A DNA stretch of 53,876 nucleotides, the filler included, from Mitosporidium daphniae (Eukaryota): assembly GCF_000760515.2 (NCBI RefSeq). It is 2 parts of 2 records of this genome, joined end to end, with 100 filler letters (N's around TTAATTAATTAA, not from the genome) between each part and the next. Parts side by side here need not be neighbours in the genome. Positions count along the whole stretch, not along the records: positions 1 to 27,039 come from NW_013546159.1; 1 more part is not named here. One strand, written 5' to 3'. Within the stretch, counting starts at the first letter, position 1; every line of letters begins with the position of its first letter. Position numbers and translations under genes: made by a program. Shown here piece after piece: positions 1 to 13,300 of this stretch. The notes under the pieces are model-generated. The model was not told the origin of the DNA, did not search any database, and saw only the letters and a program-made list of their open reading frames with translations.

Positions 1-132
1 CTTTCTACGCAGACATTTGCCATTTCCACAGCTCGTGGGCTATATACGGCCTTTCAGCTTAGGATCCTTGATAACTGGGGCAAAATCGAATATACCTGCT
101 TGTACAAAATTAGACTCCACTCCTCAAACTAG
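1..132 (+). CDS. SUN-domain (Sad1/UNC-84) protein, 3' end only
   Basis: Hand translation of frame 1 gives LSTQTFAISTARGLYTAFQLRILDNWGKIEYTCLYKIRLHSSN*, matching the SUN C-terminal motif QTF...LRILSNWGxxxYTCLYRxRVH. Not in the ORF track. Confidence 0.85.
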   Translation, partial: LSTQTFAISTARGLYTAFQLRILDNWGKIEYTCLYKIRLHSSN

Positions 133-250
133 ATTCCGCATATGTACCGGCTTTTGATAAACTGCACAACCACCCAACACCGACAACGACGATTCATAAA
201 ACTTAGGACCCCAAGCCATTAGTGTTCATTTAAGTGTTTAATTGAAAATT

Positions 251-967
251 TTAATAAATTGTGGCTGGCTTGGTTGCCACTTGAGGCGCCATTCCAGCAA
301 GGCACGTTTTGTAGTAAAGCTGATGGCTTTGGTTGGTAAAAAGGTATTTTACAGCATCAAAAAACATCAAAAGCGTCTCATGCCACACGGAGAGGTTCAA
401 GCTCCAAAAGTCATATTGGATATGGCCAAGGAATTCCCTTTCAAACTCGTTAATTTGGACAACGCTGAAAAGGGACGAGTAGCTCGCCCAAAAGGCATTT
501 GAAAATATGGCGTCATTTAAAAATTTACAAGACACCATTAAAGATACCAAAAGCAATGAGTATAAATCAAAGGAGCACTGTTTGTATGTTGATGAGTGGC
601 CGAATTTCGCTGCCAAATAGAGGGCGTAAATGATGGCGCTAAGCCCAATGCAACTGCGTCGGATAAGAACAGAGGCAAAATTGACAAAATGGCTGTAAGA
701 TTCTTTGTGCAAATAAAAGCCACAAGGAATTTGCAATAAAAATAGCATGCTAGCACAGCTGACGATTTCAACAGAAGGCAGCACGCCAAGATGGAAAATG
801 GAAAGGCGAAAAGAGTAAGCATCTCTGTATAGGAAGCCGTTGGCCTGAAGATGATTTTTCCATGCTTCAAAGGCAGAAGAAGTCAAGTGTAGGCTTCTAT
901 ATCTCTCCTCACACGAATAGATGTCCGGATGCACAAATAGCCTTCTATCTAACACACACGGCCTCAT
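251..967 (-). CDS. Pho80/Pcl-like cyclin
   Basis: LLVSLMVSCKFLNDAIFSNAFWASYS...INEFEREFLGHIQYDF is the Pho80/Pcl cyclin-box motif. Confidence 0.8.
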   Translation of the reverse strand: MRPCVLDRRLFVHPDIYSCEERYRSLHLTSSAFEAWKNHLQANGFLYRDAYSFRLSIFHLGVLPSVEIVSCASMLFLLQIPCGFYLHKESYSHFVNFASVLIRRSCIGLSAIIYALYLAAKFGHSSTYKQCSFDLYSLLLVSLMVSCKFLNDAIFSNAFWASYSSLFSVVQINEFEREFLGHIQYDFWSLNLSVWHETLLMFFDAVKYLFTNQSHQLYYKTCLAGMAPQVATKPATIY

Positions 968-1180
968 AGTTTGAAAAATAACCTTCCGAGGAACATAGCG
1001 AGCATATCAACATGGATTCGACAAGATCAAAAATCACAATAATGCGTAAACATTTTCAGACGCACCTATGATAATCCAATAAGGGCAAATAGAAGGGATG
1101 GTATCGATGACGAAAATGATAATCTTTTGATTACAAAAAATTCTCACTCGTTGACGATTCAATAATTTTTTAACCCTTTC

Positions 1181-2177
1181 ATGTTCAAAGATGACTGCAA
1201 CTCCATCAAAATCATATCTGGCAATTCCCATCCCAAGCTGGCTGCACTGATTGCCAAGCGACTGGGAACCTCTGTGTGCAATATCAACGCAACGCAGCTG
1301 TTTAACAAGGAAATCTCCATTATTGTGGGCGAGTCGATCCGTGATGAAGATGTTTATATCATCCAAACGGGAAACGGGGAGGTCAACAAAAACCTAATGG
1401 AACTTCTCCACTTAATTCACGCCTGCAAGATTGCATCTGCACGCAGGATCACCGCGGGTACGCTTCATTTTCCAAACAATAGTCATTCCATGCTTTCCAT
1501 ATGCACGCCAGGACAAGAAAGATAAGAGCAGGGCTCCAATAACGGCAAAACTTGTGGCAAATATGTTGACTGTTGCTGGCGCTACCCATGTCATAACGAT
1601 GGATTTACATGCCTCCCAGATCCAGGGCTTTTTTGATGTCCCTGTGGATAATTTGATAGCCGAGCTCTCTTTAATCAGCTGGATCAAGAAAAATGTCCCC
1701 AATTATACCAATGCAGTCTTGGTTTCTCCAGATGCTGGCGGCACTAAACGATGCACATCTATGGCAGACAAGCTGAACCTTGATTTTGCCATCATTCACA
1801 AGGAGCGCGTAAAGGCTAATCACGTTTCCAGAATGGTTCTTGTCGGCGATGTCGCGGGAAAGGCGGCAATTTTGGTGGACGATATGGCCGACACATGTGG
1901 GACGCTTGGCTTGGCAGCAAAAACATTAATGGAGCATGGGGCCGCCAAAGTCTATGCGCTAGTCGTCCATGGCATACTTTCAGGGCGTGCCTTGGAGGTT
2001 CTCTCCGATAGCCAGTTGGACACCATTGTTATTACCAATACCCTCCCGACAGAGGAGAAGATAAAGGCTTGCCCCAAACTCGCCTGTGTAGACATCAGCC
2101 CCATTATTGCGGAAGCCATTCGCCGCACACACAACGGGGAGTCAGTCTCGTATCTCTTTACGTGCGCACCAGAATAG
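1181..2177 (+). CDS. PRS: Ribose-phosphate pyrophosphokinase (PRPP synthetase)
   Basis: [30 protein letters not shown] and [10 protein letters not shown] motifs. A 25-nt intron at 1458-1482 joins RRITA to VIPCFPY. Confidence 0.95.
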
Positions 2178-2323
2178 AAATAAATTAATTCCCACATGCA
2201 CCTAAAGACACCGAGTCGATAGTATTATCTGCTGGGGTGTGGTATGGTATGGAAAGCTGTTGTGCATGCTTGCTACTTGGCTGTCAGTGATAGCTACTTG
2301 GGTGTCAATTTGAAATTTTTTAA

Positions 2324-4100
2324 ATGCTTCTGGAGCTCCTTTTCCGAACTCCACTCTCAGGGTACGAAAGGACCCGTCTTGCTCTGGGAATGAAGAACAT
2401 ATTTTCAGCATTTCAAATTCCAGAAGAAAAATGTCTATCCCCATCTTTCAAATCACAAGGAAGCTCATCGGCCCCCATAAAGGATAATGATGCCTCGACT
2501 GGACATTCTGCTACCATTAATATGGACCACGAAGTCAACCTGTCTGCCACAAATGAGGCTGCAGAGGATATCTTTTCTTCTCAAGTTTTAGAGGCACTTG
2601 TCAAAGTTGAAGATGCTAAGGCACACCCGAGACTCAAAGCCATGCCTGTTCCGGCTGGAAAAGCAAATCGGGTGCTTAACTATGCATCTCTTGCAATTGG
2701 AATGGCCGCTGGTGCTCTTTCCGAAACAGCAAAGCGTGCCATAAGAAAGCCTGATCCAGCTAATGTCTCTAATGTTTGGCTCTCGGAGGAGAATGCCAAC
2801 AGGCTTGTAACCCGGCTTTCGAAAATGCGAGGGGCTGCTCTCAAATTAGGGCAGCTATTTAGCATGCAGGGCGCAGATGTTCTTCCCCCAGAACTGGCCC
2901 ACATATTTGAGCGAGTGCGTAACATGGCCTATGCAATGCCGTGGCCTCAAGCTGAGGTCGCTATTTTTCTTAATGTTTTAGGTGGTGCTCAAGAAAAATT
3001 TAGGAGCCAGCTGGCGAGACCTTTTTTCTTCTTTTGACCACGAAGCTCCCATAGCAGCTGCATATATTGGCCAGGTCCATCAGGCCCTAATTAAAGATCA
3101 GAAGGTTGCTGTGAAAATTCAATATCCCGGTGTTCGGAAGAGTCTCTCCTCTGACATTTCCTCTTTGAAAACGCTCCTTTTATTGGGAAATCTTCTTCCA
3201 AAAGGTCTCTTTTTGGAAAAGACTCTGCATGTCTTGGAGAAAGAATTAATCTGGGAAACGAATTATCTGCGCGAAGCCTTGTGGATGGACTGGTTCAGAC
3301 GGACCATTTCGCCGCTTTCGGCAATTGTTCCCGAGGTGTTTTCTTTGAAAATCCCGGTTTTTTTCCCACTACACTCTGGGGAGTCTGTACTGACTACCGA
3401 ATGGGTCGATGGCCTGCCCTTAGACCGTCTTTTAGCACTTCCTCAAGCGGTTCGTAATAAGGTTGGTTAATTTGGCGATTATTTGATTTAGATTGGAGCC
3501 ACCATTCTGGCTCTCTGTTTTTGGGAAATATTTACCTTGAGGGCAATGCAAACAGATCCGAACTGGGCAAACTTTCTCTTTGATGGTGAACGTATTGTTT
3601 TACTAGACTTTGGCGCGGCGCGGAGATTTGACTCCAAATTTGTAGAGGGATACCGTCGTTTGGTGCTAGCAGCCGCAAAAGAGGATTGGGAACAGGGATA
3701 CCAGGCCTCGCTTGATCTGAAGTATTTGACGGGCCTCGAGTCCAAGGTACCTCTATTGACAAGCTTATTGTAGGCCATGATAAATGCTCATTTGAACTCC
3801 TTGATAGTGATTGGTCTTCCATTCAGGGCTTCTTCTGATAACAAATTTGACTTTTCCACATATTCCAACATCGTCCAGAGCATCAAGTCTTCTATACCTG
3901 TAATGCTGGAGGAGCGGCTTACACCGCCACCCGAGGATACCTATGCTTTGCATCGGAAGTTATCCGGTGTGTTTCTACTGTGTGCAAAGCTTGGTGCTGT
4001 GGTCGATTGTAATTATCTGTTGAGAAGATTGGTTGAGGATGTAAACCCTGTCGGTGTATTAGAAAATTTTGACTTGCCACCCTATCCTGAAATAAATTAA
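2324..4100 (+). CDS. COQ8: COQ8/ABC1 (ADCK3/4) atypical kinase, ubiquinone biosynthesis
   Basis: MRGAALKLGQ (KxGQ), VAVKIQYPGV, MQTDPNWANF, LLDFGAAR, PPPEDTYALHRKLSG. Introns at 2957-2981, 3462-3491, 3747-3773. Start codon uncertain. Confidence 0.92.
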
Positions 4101-4307
4101 TCCAAAATAAATTAAATTTGAATTTGCAATGCCTACAAAGGGAGGTTGGCCATTAATCACGGGAAGAATGATGCCGGTGCTGATTTCTGTATTAATCGTA
4201 GGAATCAGTAGTATACTGGTGATCCATAAGCCATGGACTGAAAAAGGTAAATCAAATTTTGAATTTATTTAATTTTTAATTTTGATTGTTGAAATAATAG
4301 CGTAGAA

Positions 4308-6770
4308 ATGAGCCATTCACGAAAGGTTCGTTCGGCGGTCATGCATCAGTGTATGGATGCTAACTTGAAGGTATCCCGTTTCATCTGTTGCATTTAGAAT
4401 GCGGATTTTCCGTCTCCGCCGATTTCTTTTGAAGATTATAAAAAGTGGTACTCTTTTTCTCTTTCTCATAATTCCGAATTTTGGGGGAAAATGGGGCGAG
4501 ACCTTTTATATTGGAATAAGCCATTTACTAAAGTATTGGGGCAAGGCGGGGCATATTCTTTCAATGGATCTACCGAGTTTTCAAATAAAAACGCCTCTGT
4601 TTCCTTTCAAGACAAACAGGAAAATCAGCAAGATCCCTCCAAAAATCTTTGTGCTGACGCAACAAAATTTGAACAAATTACTTGGTTTGAAGATGGAGAG
4701 CTTAACATATGCTATAATGTCCTTGATGTTCACGCCCATTCTAATGCCGATAAAATTGCCCTGATTTGGGAGGCGGACGAGCCAAATACCGGGGTATCGA
4801 TAACTTTCGGCGAGCTATTGGCCCAAGTTTGCCAACTGTCCAATTTGATATCTCGAAAATTTCCTTATCTAAAGCCAGGCATTGATGTTGTCACCATATA
4901 CATGTCCATGGTTCCCCAGGCTGTTGTTGCCATGTTGGCCTGCGCTCGACTTGGTCTTATACATAAGTACTTCCCTCCGGTCTCATTGTAGTGTCGTTTT
5001 CGCCGGATTCAGTGCCGAAGCACTTGCAGAACGAATCTCAGATGCCAATTCGCAACTTGTCATTACAACCGATTTTGGTCTGCGCGGAAATCGCCGGATT
5101 GCAACCAAAGATACCGTCGATTTGGCCCTTTCTTTTTTGCCACCAGGTTTGGTGAAGGTACATTTTGTGATTGTATTTTAACCAAAGCATGTTTTGGTTG
5201 CTCAAAGAAACATTTCCAACGCTGCCAGTTGTAATTTAATTGATGGGAGGGATTTGCTATGGAATGATGTGGTTCCTTTGGAAGAAAAAACATTTACCCC
5301 AAGATCGGTGTGCAGTGAACACCCGCTCTTTGTTCTATATACTTCCGGAAGGTAAGCTAATTGATCGTCATAAGCTCAGTACTGGAAAACCAAAGGGTGT
5401 TTTACATACTTCTGCTGGGTACCTTTTGTATGCTAAACTCACTGCAAAGTATGTTTTCGACCTGCAAAAGGATGATGTTTTTGGGTGTATGGCGGACATT
5501 GGGTATTTTTCGTCTTACTATCATCAGGTGGATCACTGGACACTCGTATGTGGTTTATGGGCCTTTATCAAACGGGGTCACAGTAACTCTCTTTGAAAGC
5601 ATCCCGACATATCCGACGCCATCTCGCTACTGGTTTGGATTGTTGCTGATTTATTTTGTAGGCAAATGGCCGAAAAGCATCGCCTCACGCAACTTTATAC
5701 GGCCCCTACCGTCATTCGTCTATTGAAAGCACACGGTGATAAACATATTGAAGGATATGATCTGTCATCTCTTAAGATCCTTGGCAGTGTTGGAGAGCCG
5801 ATCCACGCAGATGTAAAGATGCATCTTAATGACTAGACTTGGCAATGGTTTTACGATGTCGTTGGAAAGGGAAAATGCACCCTTGTCGATACATATTGGC
5901 AAACGGAAACAGGGGGCATTGTAATTACCGCGCTACCTGGGGGAATGCCCGTGATGCCAGGATCTGCCTCTCTTCCATTCTTTGGAATTGAGCCAACTTT
6001 AATGAGTAGCTCGAGTGAGGAAACCAATCACAATGGCGGTTGTTCTGAAAAAGTCGAGTCCGGCATACTCACGTTTGCCCGCCCTTGGCCAGGGATGGCT
6101 CGCACTGTTCTGAACGACTACTCAAGATATCTTTCGGCTTATTTGAAGCCGTATCCTGGGTATTTCTTTACCGGCGATGGAGCGAATAAGGAGAGCTCGA
6201 ATGGGCTATTCATTCTAACAGGACGAGTTGACGATGTCATCAATGTGTCCGGGCACAGGCTTTCATCCCGTGAAATCGAAAGTGCTCTAATGAAGCACTA
6301 TTGTGTGTCCGAGTCTGCAGTCATTGGAGAAGAAGATCCAATCACCGGCCAATCGATTACAGTTGTCGTCGGCTTAAAAGCATATCCACAAAAACCAACC
6401 ATCGAGGCGGAACTGAAAGATGTGGTCCGGAAAGCAATTGGGCCCATTGCGACGCCGAAATGCGTCGTTGTACTTTCAGAATCTTCCTTGACATCTGCAG
6501 GCGGGCTTCCCAAAACTCGATCTGGCAAAATTATGAGAAGGGTTTTAAGGATTATCCTGCACGAATGCAGATCTTGGCATGCCTCGCACGAAAAGCTTCT
6601 TCAAAAGCAGGCTGATTTTTTGGCCTCGTTCTATTCCCATTTGTATCAGAGATTGGGGGACTTGTCGACACTAAACAATCCCAGGTATTTGATGGCACAT
6701 GCAATTTAATTTCCTTAGCGTTGTCGAGTACTTGGCCCGAGATATTTTCCAATTCCTGAATAAAAAATAA
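4308..6770 (+). CDS. ACS: Acetyl-CoA synthetase (AMP-forming)
   Basis: [64 protein letters not shown]. Eight introns: 4371-4397, 4967-4991, 5158-5187, 5352-5379, 5503-5527, 5633-5661, 5813-5836, 6685-6718. Confidence 0.95.
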
Positions 6771-6788
6771 TTTTAATTCTTCTCCTTC

Positions 6789-7314
6789 ATGTTACATGGG
6801 ATCCAATCCACCACTTTCGAGGATGAAGATATAAGCTCAATTAAAACCCTGCTGCAGAAAAAATTGCTGCCTCTACGAAAACAAGAGGAAATCCAACTGT
6901 CAAGATTCAGGGCCATTAAAAAATCCCAATTGGATCCAAAAATATGCTCCAAATTTTTCAAGTTTTTGCAGTATGGTTATGCTTCGCGCTCAGCCATAAT
7001 AGCGCAAACAGAAGAATGCTTGCAATCAAGGTGTGCATGTTGAATTTACCGTAGGCTCGATGGCATATCCTCCCAATCACCCCATACAAAAGCAAACTGC
7101 TCCACGGCAATCCAAAAGACAAAATCGCTAGTAGATATGTGGTATTGGCTTACTTTACTAGTTGAAGTGGGTACGGGCTCAGAAATCCGTCGAAGAGATC
7201 ATTGTCGATGAAAACATGAAAAACTGGAAGGAAAGATGCGAAGCATTTTCTTCCATCGAGCCCAAGCCCGCCTCGCAGCCGACTATGGAGCCTTTCCCGA
7301 TTGGCGAGCCCTAA
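6789..7314 (+). CDS. MIX23: MIX23/CCDC58-like mitochondrial intermembrane-space protein
   Basis: Spliced across introns 7031-7054 and 7131-7161 it reads ...CSKFFKFLQYGYASRSAII...LKWVRAQKSVEEIIVDENMKNWKERC, resembling the CCDC58 pattern (ASRDRVI...LKWMQSELNVEEVV..RS.KVFNERC). Confidence 0.7.
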
Positions 7315-7342
7315 CCCTAAGTTATTGTTTATTAATTTGCTA

Positions 7343-10300
7343 TCATCTCAATCGAGGGTCTGAAGGCGAATCAATAAACGTGCCAAAACCAGTGGTTGTT
7401 TGGTTCAAAGAAGAGCCTGTTTGAAAAGAGGCGTTAAATGAAGAGGATGTTTTTCCAGATTGCGGTGCACATGCAGGCTTTACACTGTCCTGCGTAATCG
7501 AACATGCGGGGTGTGCCGCCATGACCGATGATTTCGAACCTAATGCTAATGGTTGGCTATGCTGAGCCAGGGGGTTTGCGTACACTGGAGCAGCGTGCTT
7601 ATCATCAGAACAAAAGACGGGCTTGGGCACTTTTGGGCAGATGCTGCCATCTGCCTCATGCTGTGATTTGGAGGAAACTTGGCCGGGATCTTCTTTTTGC
7701 GGCTTCACGGCGGGCGCAAACACGGTATCAGTGTGATGTGAAGTCAAATTTTTACAAGATAAATTGAATAGCTCTCGCCATTTGTGCAGACCAGAAAAAG
7801 GCACAAAGACTTTCCTCTCTTTTGCGTCTTTGATCAGGGAGTCCCATATGGGAAATCCAGAAAGCACATCGGAGTGCCCAACAATAAATAGGGAGCATTT
7901 TGCCCTAGTTAGCGCTACATTTAGCCTACGAGTGTCCCTTAGAAACCCAATTGATCTTTCACTTGAGGCTCTGACACAAGAAAAGATGATGATCTCTTTC
8001 TCTTGACCTTGGAACCCATCAACAGTATTCACTTCAATATGTTTCAACGCGCTCGGGCCGACATTCCGCAAAATTAGACTGCGAATTGTTCGCACTTGGT
8101 CACGATATGGCGAGATAATGCCAATCCGCCCCGAAAACTGCAACATTAAAGCAACGAAAGGTTACCGAAATCGATGGGAACTCCGAGCATAAAAGCTTCA
8201 CTAATCCCAAGACAACATTTGCCTCCGCCGTGTTGTTGAGAGAATGCACAGAACGGCCCGCCCTTTTAGACTCGCTTCGACCAATGGAGTGCTCCTCCCT
8301 TTTACTCTCTTGACCTCGCACATCGTAAAACAGATATGGGGTTAAAAGATGGTTTGAATGCCACTCCCTAGCGGTGGCTCTAGCGTTGTCTGGCCCGTCT
8401 ATTAATCGGCCATTGTAAAAGAACATCGAAGGAAAGGCCGATATTGAGGGATGCATCCGATATTGAACGGTAAGCAAATTAACAATAGAAGGGCAATTTC
8501 TCTGGATCCTGGTGAAGAGGGATTGCTCATAAGCAAAGGAGGATGCCTCCTTGGATATAACTGTTGGCGGTAGCTGGTTTGGATCGCCAACAAGAATCAC
8601 TCTTTTGGCGGAATAGCGAAGAGGAATAAGGGTCGACAACTCCACTGCCTGGCAAGCTTCGTCAATAACAATCGCATCAAACGTAACGGAGCCATTGGCA
8701 CTAAATAGATAAACATTCTGTACATACCCAAACAAATAAGAATTCGTCAACGGCGAAGTGTTGCTCGACGAAAATATGGAGTCCAACTTTACAATGAAAT
8801 CGTGCCCTGATCCTGAAAGCGTAGCAGCAATCACAGAGGCGCTTTGAAGGATGCGGCTTCTGGCTGCCGCTCTGGTTTCTTCGATTCTGTTGATCACAGA
8901 TCCCGCGGTGTTACAAAAAATCGATCTTGCCTCGTCCAACTGGCACTGGACGGTTCTTTTTCGAGCATCAACGTCGCTTTTTGTGAAGCCCTTTTTGGGG
9001 GCATCGCAAGGGGACCAATTTGTGCTGCAAAACGTCTCCAAATATTGACTGTACGAGGACGCCGAGTCGGCAGAATACTTTTTAGCAGCCTTTTCAGACT
9101 CTTCTAATAGGCAATCGAGAGAAATATGACGGATGTCATCCGAGATAACTTCCTTGAAAATATAAATCCAAAATTACCTGAGAACCGACCCGGACAATGG
9201 AGCGGTTTGCAAATGCAGCAGAGTCCAGAAACCTTTTAACAATTTCATCAACGGCCGCATTAGATGGGGCGCAGATCAGAATTGGCCGATTTGAAGATAC
9301 CAGTGTCGATGTTGACATGCTACCCAGGAGGTTTGACGCTTGGGTAACTCGAGAATTATTTAAAGAAACGGGAGCCGGCCCCGTGGCTCCAAAAGAAGAT
9401 CGATTAAGAATAGAATAAACAAGGGCGAGTAAAGTGGTTGTTTTTCCGGTTCCCGGAGGACCTTGAATAAGAGATATCTGGGCATCCTTATGCAAAGCCG
9501 AAGCGATAGCTAGCTGTTGGCTTTCGTTGAGCGAAAACTGGGCAGCTGCNNGCAGCTGCCTGGTATTTCCAACGACATCTGCGCTAATATCGCGTCCTTT
9601 TTCGGTCAAAAGATAAGGTTCTAATAGAAAAGAAAGATAGGGAGAACAAGAGATATTGGAGAGTGCAAGATATTCTCGTACAACCGTCACCAATGGAGTA
9701 ATCTTCATGATTTTCCAGACCGAGCCTTCTCTGAAAATGGATCCCCATCTCGCGTCAACCCCAGGGCGAAACCGAAGTGTTATGAAAGCCTCGCCGCCTT
9801 TGATGGAAACACTGCCGACCACAATGGCAGATGCCTTGAGAGATTTATCGCACGATTCTAAATATGCCAAATCATGCTCAAGTAACGGGACATCAAATAT
9901 GCCCACTTTCCTGGTACTCGGGCCTGTGCTACCACAGCTTGAGGATGATGGCTTGAAAATGAACTGGACGTCATAAAAATCGTCGATCATATTGACCGAA
10001 TTCAGAACATATTCTGACCAGTCAAAATTGTCGCTGCTAAATACCTTTGCAGAATCAAGCCCGCCGATTTCTTCAATGCTTTTAACAACTTGGGCTTTAC
10101 ACTCGAGCAGCAACAAAGGCTCAAAGATCCGAGCATAATGAGTAGCATCCGTAAATTTGGAAGGAATATTTTCTGGTGCTGTCGCATTATCCTTTTTACC
10201 CGATACCTCTGTGATTGCTTCAAGATTCCAGGACAGGATTTTTCTTTGCAAAGAGGGAAGATCCAATACAGGCCTAATTCCACGGATACTTCTAGCCGAT

Positions 10301-13300
10301 GATTTGGATACGGCAGCCACCGGTTGAGCAACAGTACCAACAACGTTATTGATCACCTGGATTGGCTTGCTTTGAATTCCAGAGTCAATTCCCAGTGGCC
10401 GGTGCTTTTCCATACCGGTTAAATCGATCAAACCTTTAGAGGTGGAGAGAGCCAAAATAGCATCGCTGGTCGCTGCGCATAGGTCGCCTTTATCCTCCTC
10501 TTCATCTGTAGAAATGGTTTCATAGCTATTGACCTTCTGGTGTGCAACACGCCTTGGGGAGGCAACAGATGCAAGCATGGTATCTTTAACCAACTTTGCT
10601 CTTACCTGTTTCAATCGAGAAGAGATAAAAGTGCTCTTCGAGCAAATTTGTGAACTTTGTTTAGACGATGGCGAGCTCTTGCTCAAATAGGAGGGAACCA
10701 GCTTGCGAAGATTTTCCTGGCTACATATTGAGGCAAGTTTCTTCTCCATTGGCAAGCAGATCTTTTTGGACGCTCTTACATGCTCGGTAAATGAAAAGAC
10801 AGGCATTTCGTCATTTGGGAGGGCCTTCTTTTTCAAGACGTTCATATTTAACGGCATTTTTTCTTTACTTGCCATCATTTTGGTTTGTGTCAATACATTT
10901 TCGGAGGCGGCCATGATTGGCTTCACCTTTACCGGGCAGAATTGGAGGTAGGTGTTCAAAAGACCCGTAAGACGCTTTCGCTCGGGCTCGTCAAGCCTTC
11001 CGCTCGAAGTAAGCAAAATCCGAATCTGGGCGATAATGGTAACATTTGGGCTCGATACGCACGAAGATGGACAAAGAAAGGCACGCCTTTCTGTCCACCA
11101 ATATAGCAAATCTTCAATCAGCTCCAAAGCAAGTCGCTTTTCCATTGACCTTTCAGCTTCGGCAGAGGATGTTCCAATAAAGGACAAAAGGGTCGAAAAC
11201 CATTCACAAGAAGAAAAATACTTGGCAAAGGCATTTACACCTTCCTCTTGGTTCTCAAAGCCAGGCAACGGCAACAACAGCGAGTTTTTTTTGACCGTTA
11301 AAACGTGTCTAAAAAGATTGCAAAGAAAAGCCAGAACACAGTTATTGTGCGCGTTAACGTTTCCACACGATATGGTCAACTGAAGAATGTTCCATAGCAA
11401 TTTCCACGTGGCAAGGAATAATTGGCACGTCTGGACTTCGCTCATGTTTTTCGCAGACACAATAGGAGCCAGCTTATCGCAATCTGCAGGGTTTTTAATC
11501 CAAAATGAGTGGAGTAAATCATACAGCGGCTCGGCATGCGATCTTGTTACCCCGATCGAATGGCGCAAAAGACTGGAATTTATGGATTCGCTAAAGTCGT
11601 GTTCAAGAAAATGCCGAATCACAATGAGCGGAGTAACATCTTCATTTGGAAAGATGAAGAACCCACAAAACCGGGCCAATTGATTTGATAATTTGGACGC
11701 ATAAATGAAGGACGTAATTAGGGCATCAACTAACAGCGAAGCCTTGCTCTCAAACTCGGGAAGATAAATTAGCCGCAAATTGGTGCAATCAATCGCTGCG
11801 GGCTTGGCGCTTATTTCTTTCAAAAGGAACTGGTAAAACGAAACCAGAGTCTCGATATTGGGATTTTTCTCGGCATTAATGTTTGCGATGTAAGCGAGAA
11901 TGGAATGATGGATCTCTGGAACCCAACCCGCGAGAGACGAGTTTTTCATCAAAGGAGAGTTCCACCGAACCGCCACGGACTCGTTAAAGCATTTCCAAAA
12001 CTTTTCATTCGTTAAAAACGGTTCTTTTCTGCGTTCAAACTTCGATTCAAGCATCAAAATCGATGAAAGTATCGATGATGCAAGGGATGCAATCAAAGGG
12101 TGCGCCAAAGTACCCGCATCTCTTTGACAACGAGCATCCAAAATCACCAACGATGCCAAATTACGAAACGAAAACAGCTCCAAAATAAGCGCATCCTCTG
12201 CAACCAGTTCGCATATCAACGCGGAAAGAATCCGATAAGCCGTGATGATCGATTGGATCTTGAATTTTATGGGAAAGCCATCCTCTCCATCAACCAACAA
12301 CATCGAATATACAAGGCTACAATAGATTTCAATAGCATGGTGAGAAATATGGCCAGACAAGAAAATATTGGCTATAAATGGCTTCTGCCATGACAGGGGG
12401 ATTTCAAAGGGCCTCATGTTTTTGAAGCGTAAAACGGTATGTAAATCGGAAAATGAAGCGGACCCCAACTCCAATTGATAATCTTCGATATCCTTTTGAA
12501 TCTGCGATTCGGGATCGTGATCAAATGAACTAAATAAGAGGCGCGTGTAAGAGCGTGAATTTTCGACAAGCGTTTGGCCTAAACGAGCCACGTCTTTAAG
12601 TGGATTGTCCCCAGATTGGGCATTGTAGAGGGACAAAGTTGAATGTTCCTTCAAATTGCCAAAAGAAACAGTTGAAAGTGCAAATGAATAGCAGAACAGC
12701 ACATTTGGATACAATTGGCTTTGTGATAAAAACGGGATAAGTAGATTTGCAAGCAACGAAAACCACTTGATACTGGAGTTGGGCAGAGTGGTCAGGTTAT
12801 TTGTATCAAGCGCCCTCAGCGCCAGTGAAAGCCCGTCAAAAAAATGGAGACTTGAGCGTGTTATTGGGAATTTCTTGCAACCAACAAGATACAGGGGAAC
12901 ACCCTCCGGGGCCGATATTTCCAGCGAGTTCGATTTTAGCACGCTCAATATAAACATCCATATTTGGGAAAATGAATCACCCAAAGACTCCTCATCGGTA
13001 TACTCGGGATAGGGTAATGCCAGTTGAGAAGAAGAATTGCTGGGCGTTGAATTGCAGCCACTTTCAACGGTAGCCGAAGGCCTTGCAACCCAAGACTGCA
13101 CTGTTCTTGTGGCCCACAAGCGCACATTCTTTTGGGGAGACAGTAAAGACAGCAACAGTCCAGGAACAACGCGCTTCATGGTGAACGTTTTTGCGCGACC
13201 AGTTACCATTAAGTTGATGGTCATTGCAAAACGAGTATGAATATCCAAATCGCATAGTAGTTCTGGATAGGCACAGATCTCATACATCGCATATAGGAGG

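Noticed and set aside
4371..4397. GTATCC donors (also WBP11 intron 41826-41852) as U12-type introns
   Set aside because: They lack the full RTATCCTTT donor and TCCTTAAC branch site and have the same size as the other introns.
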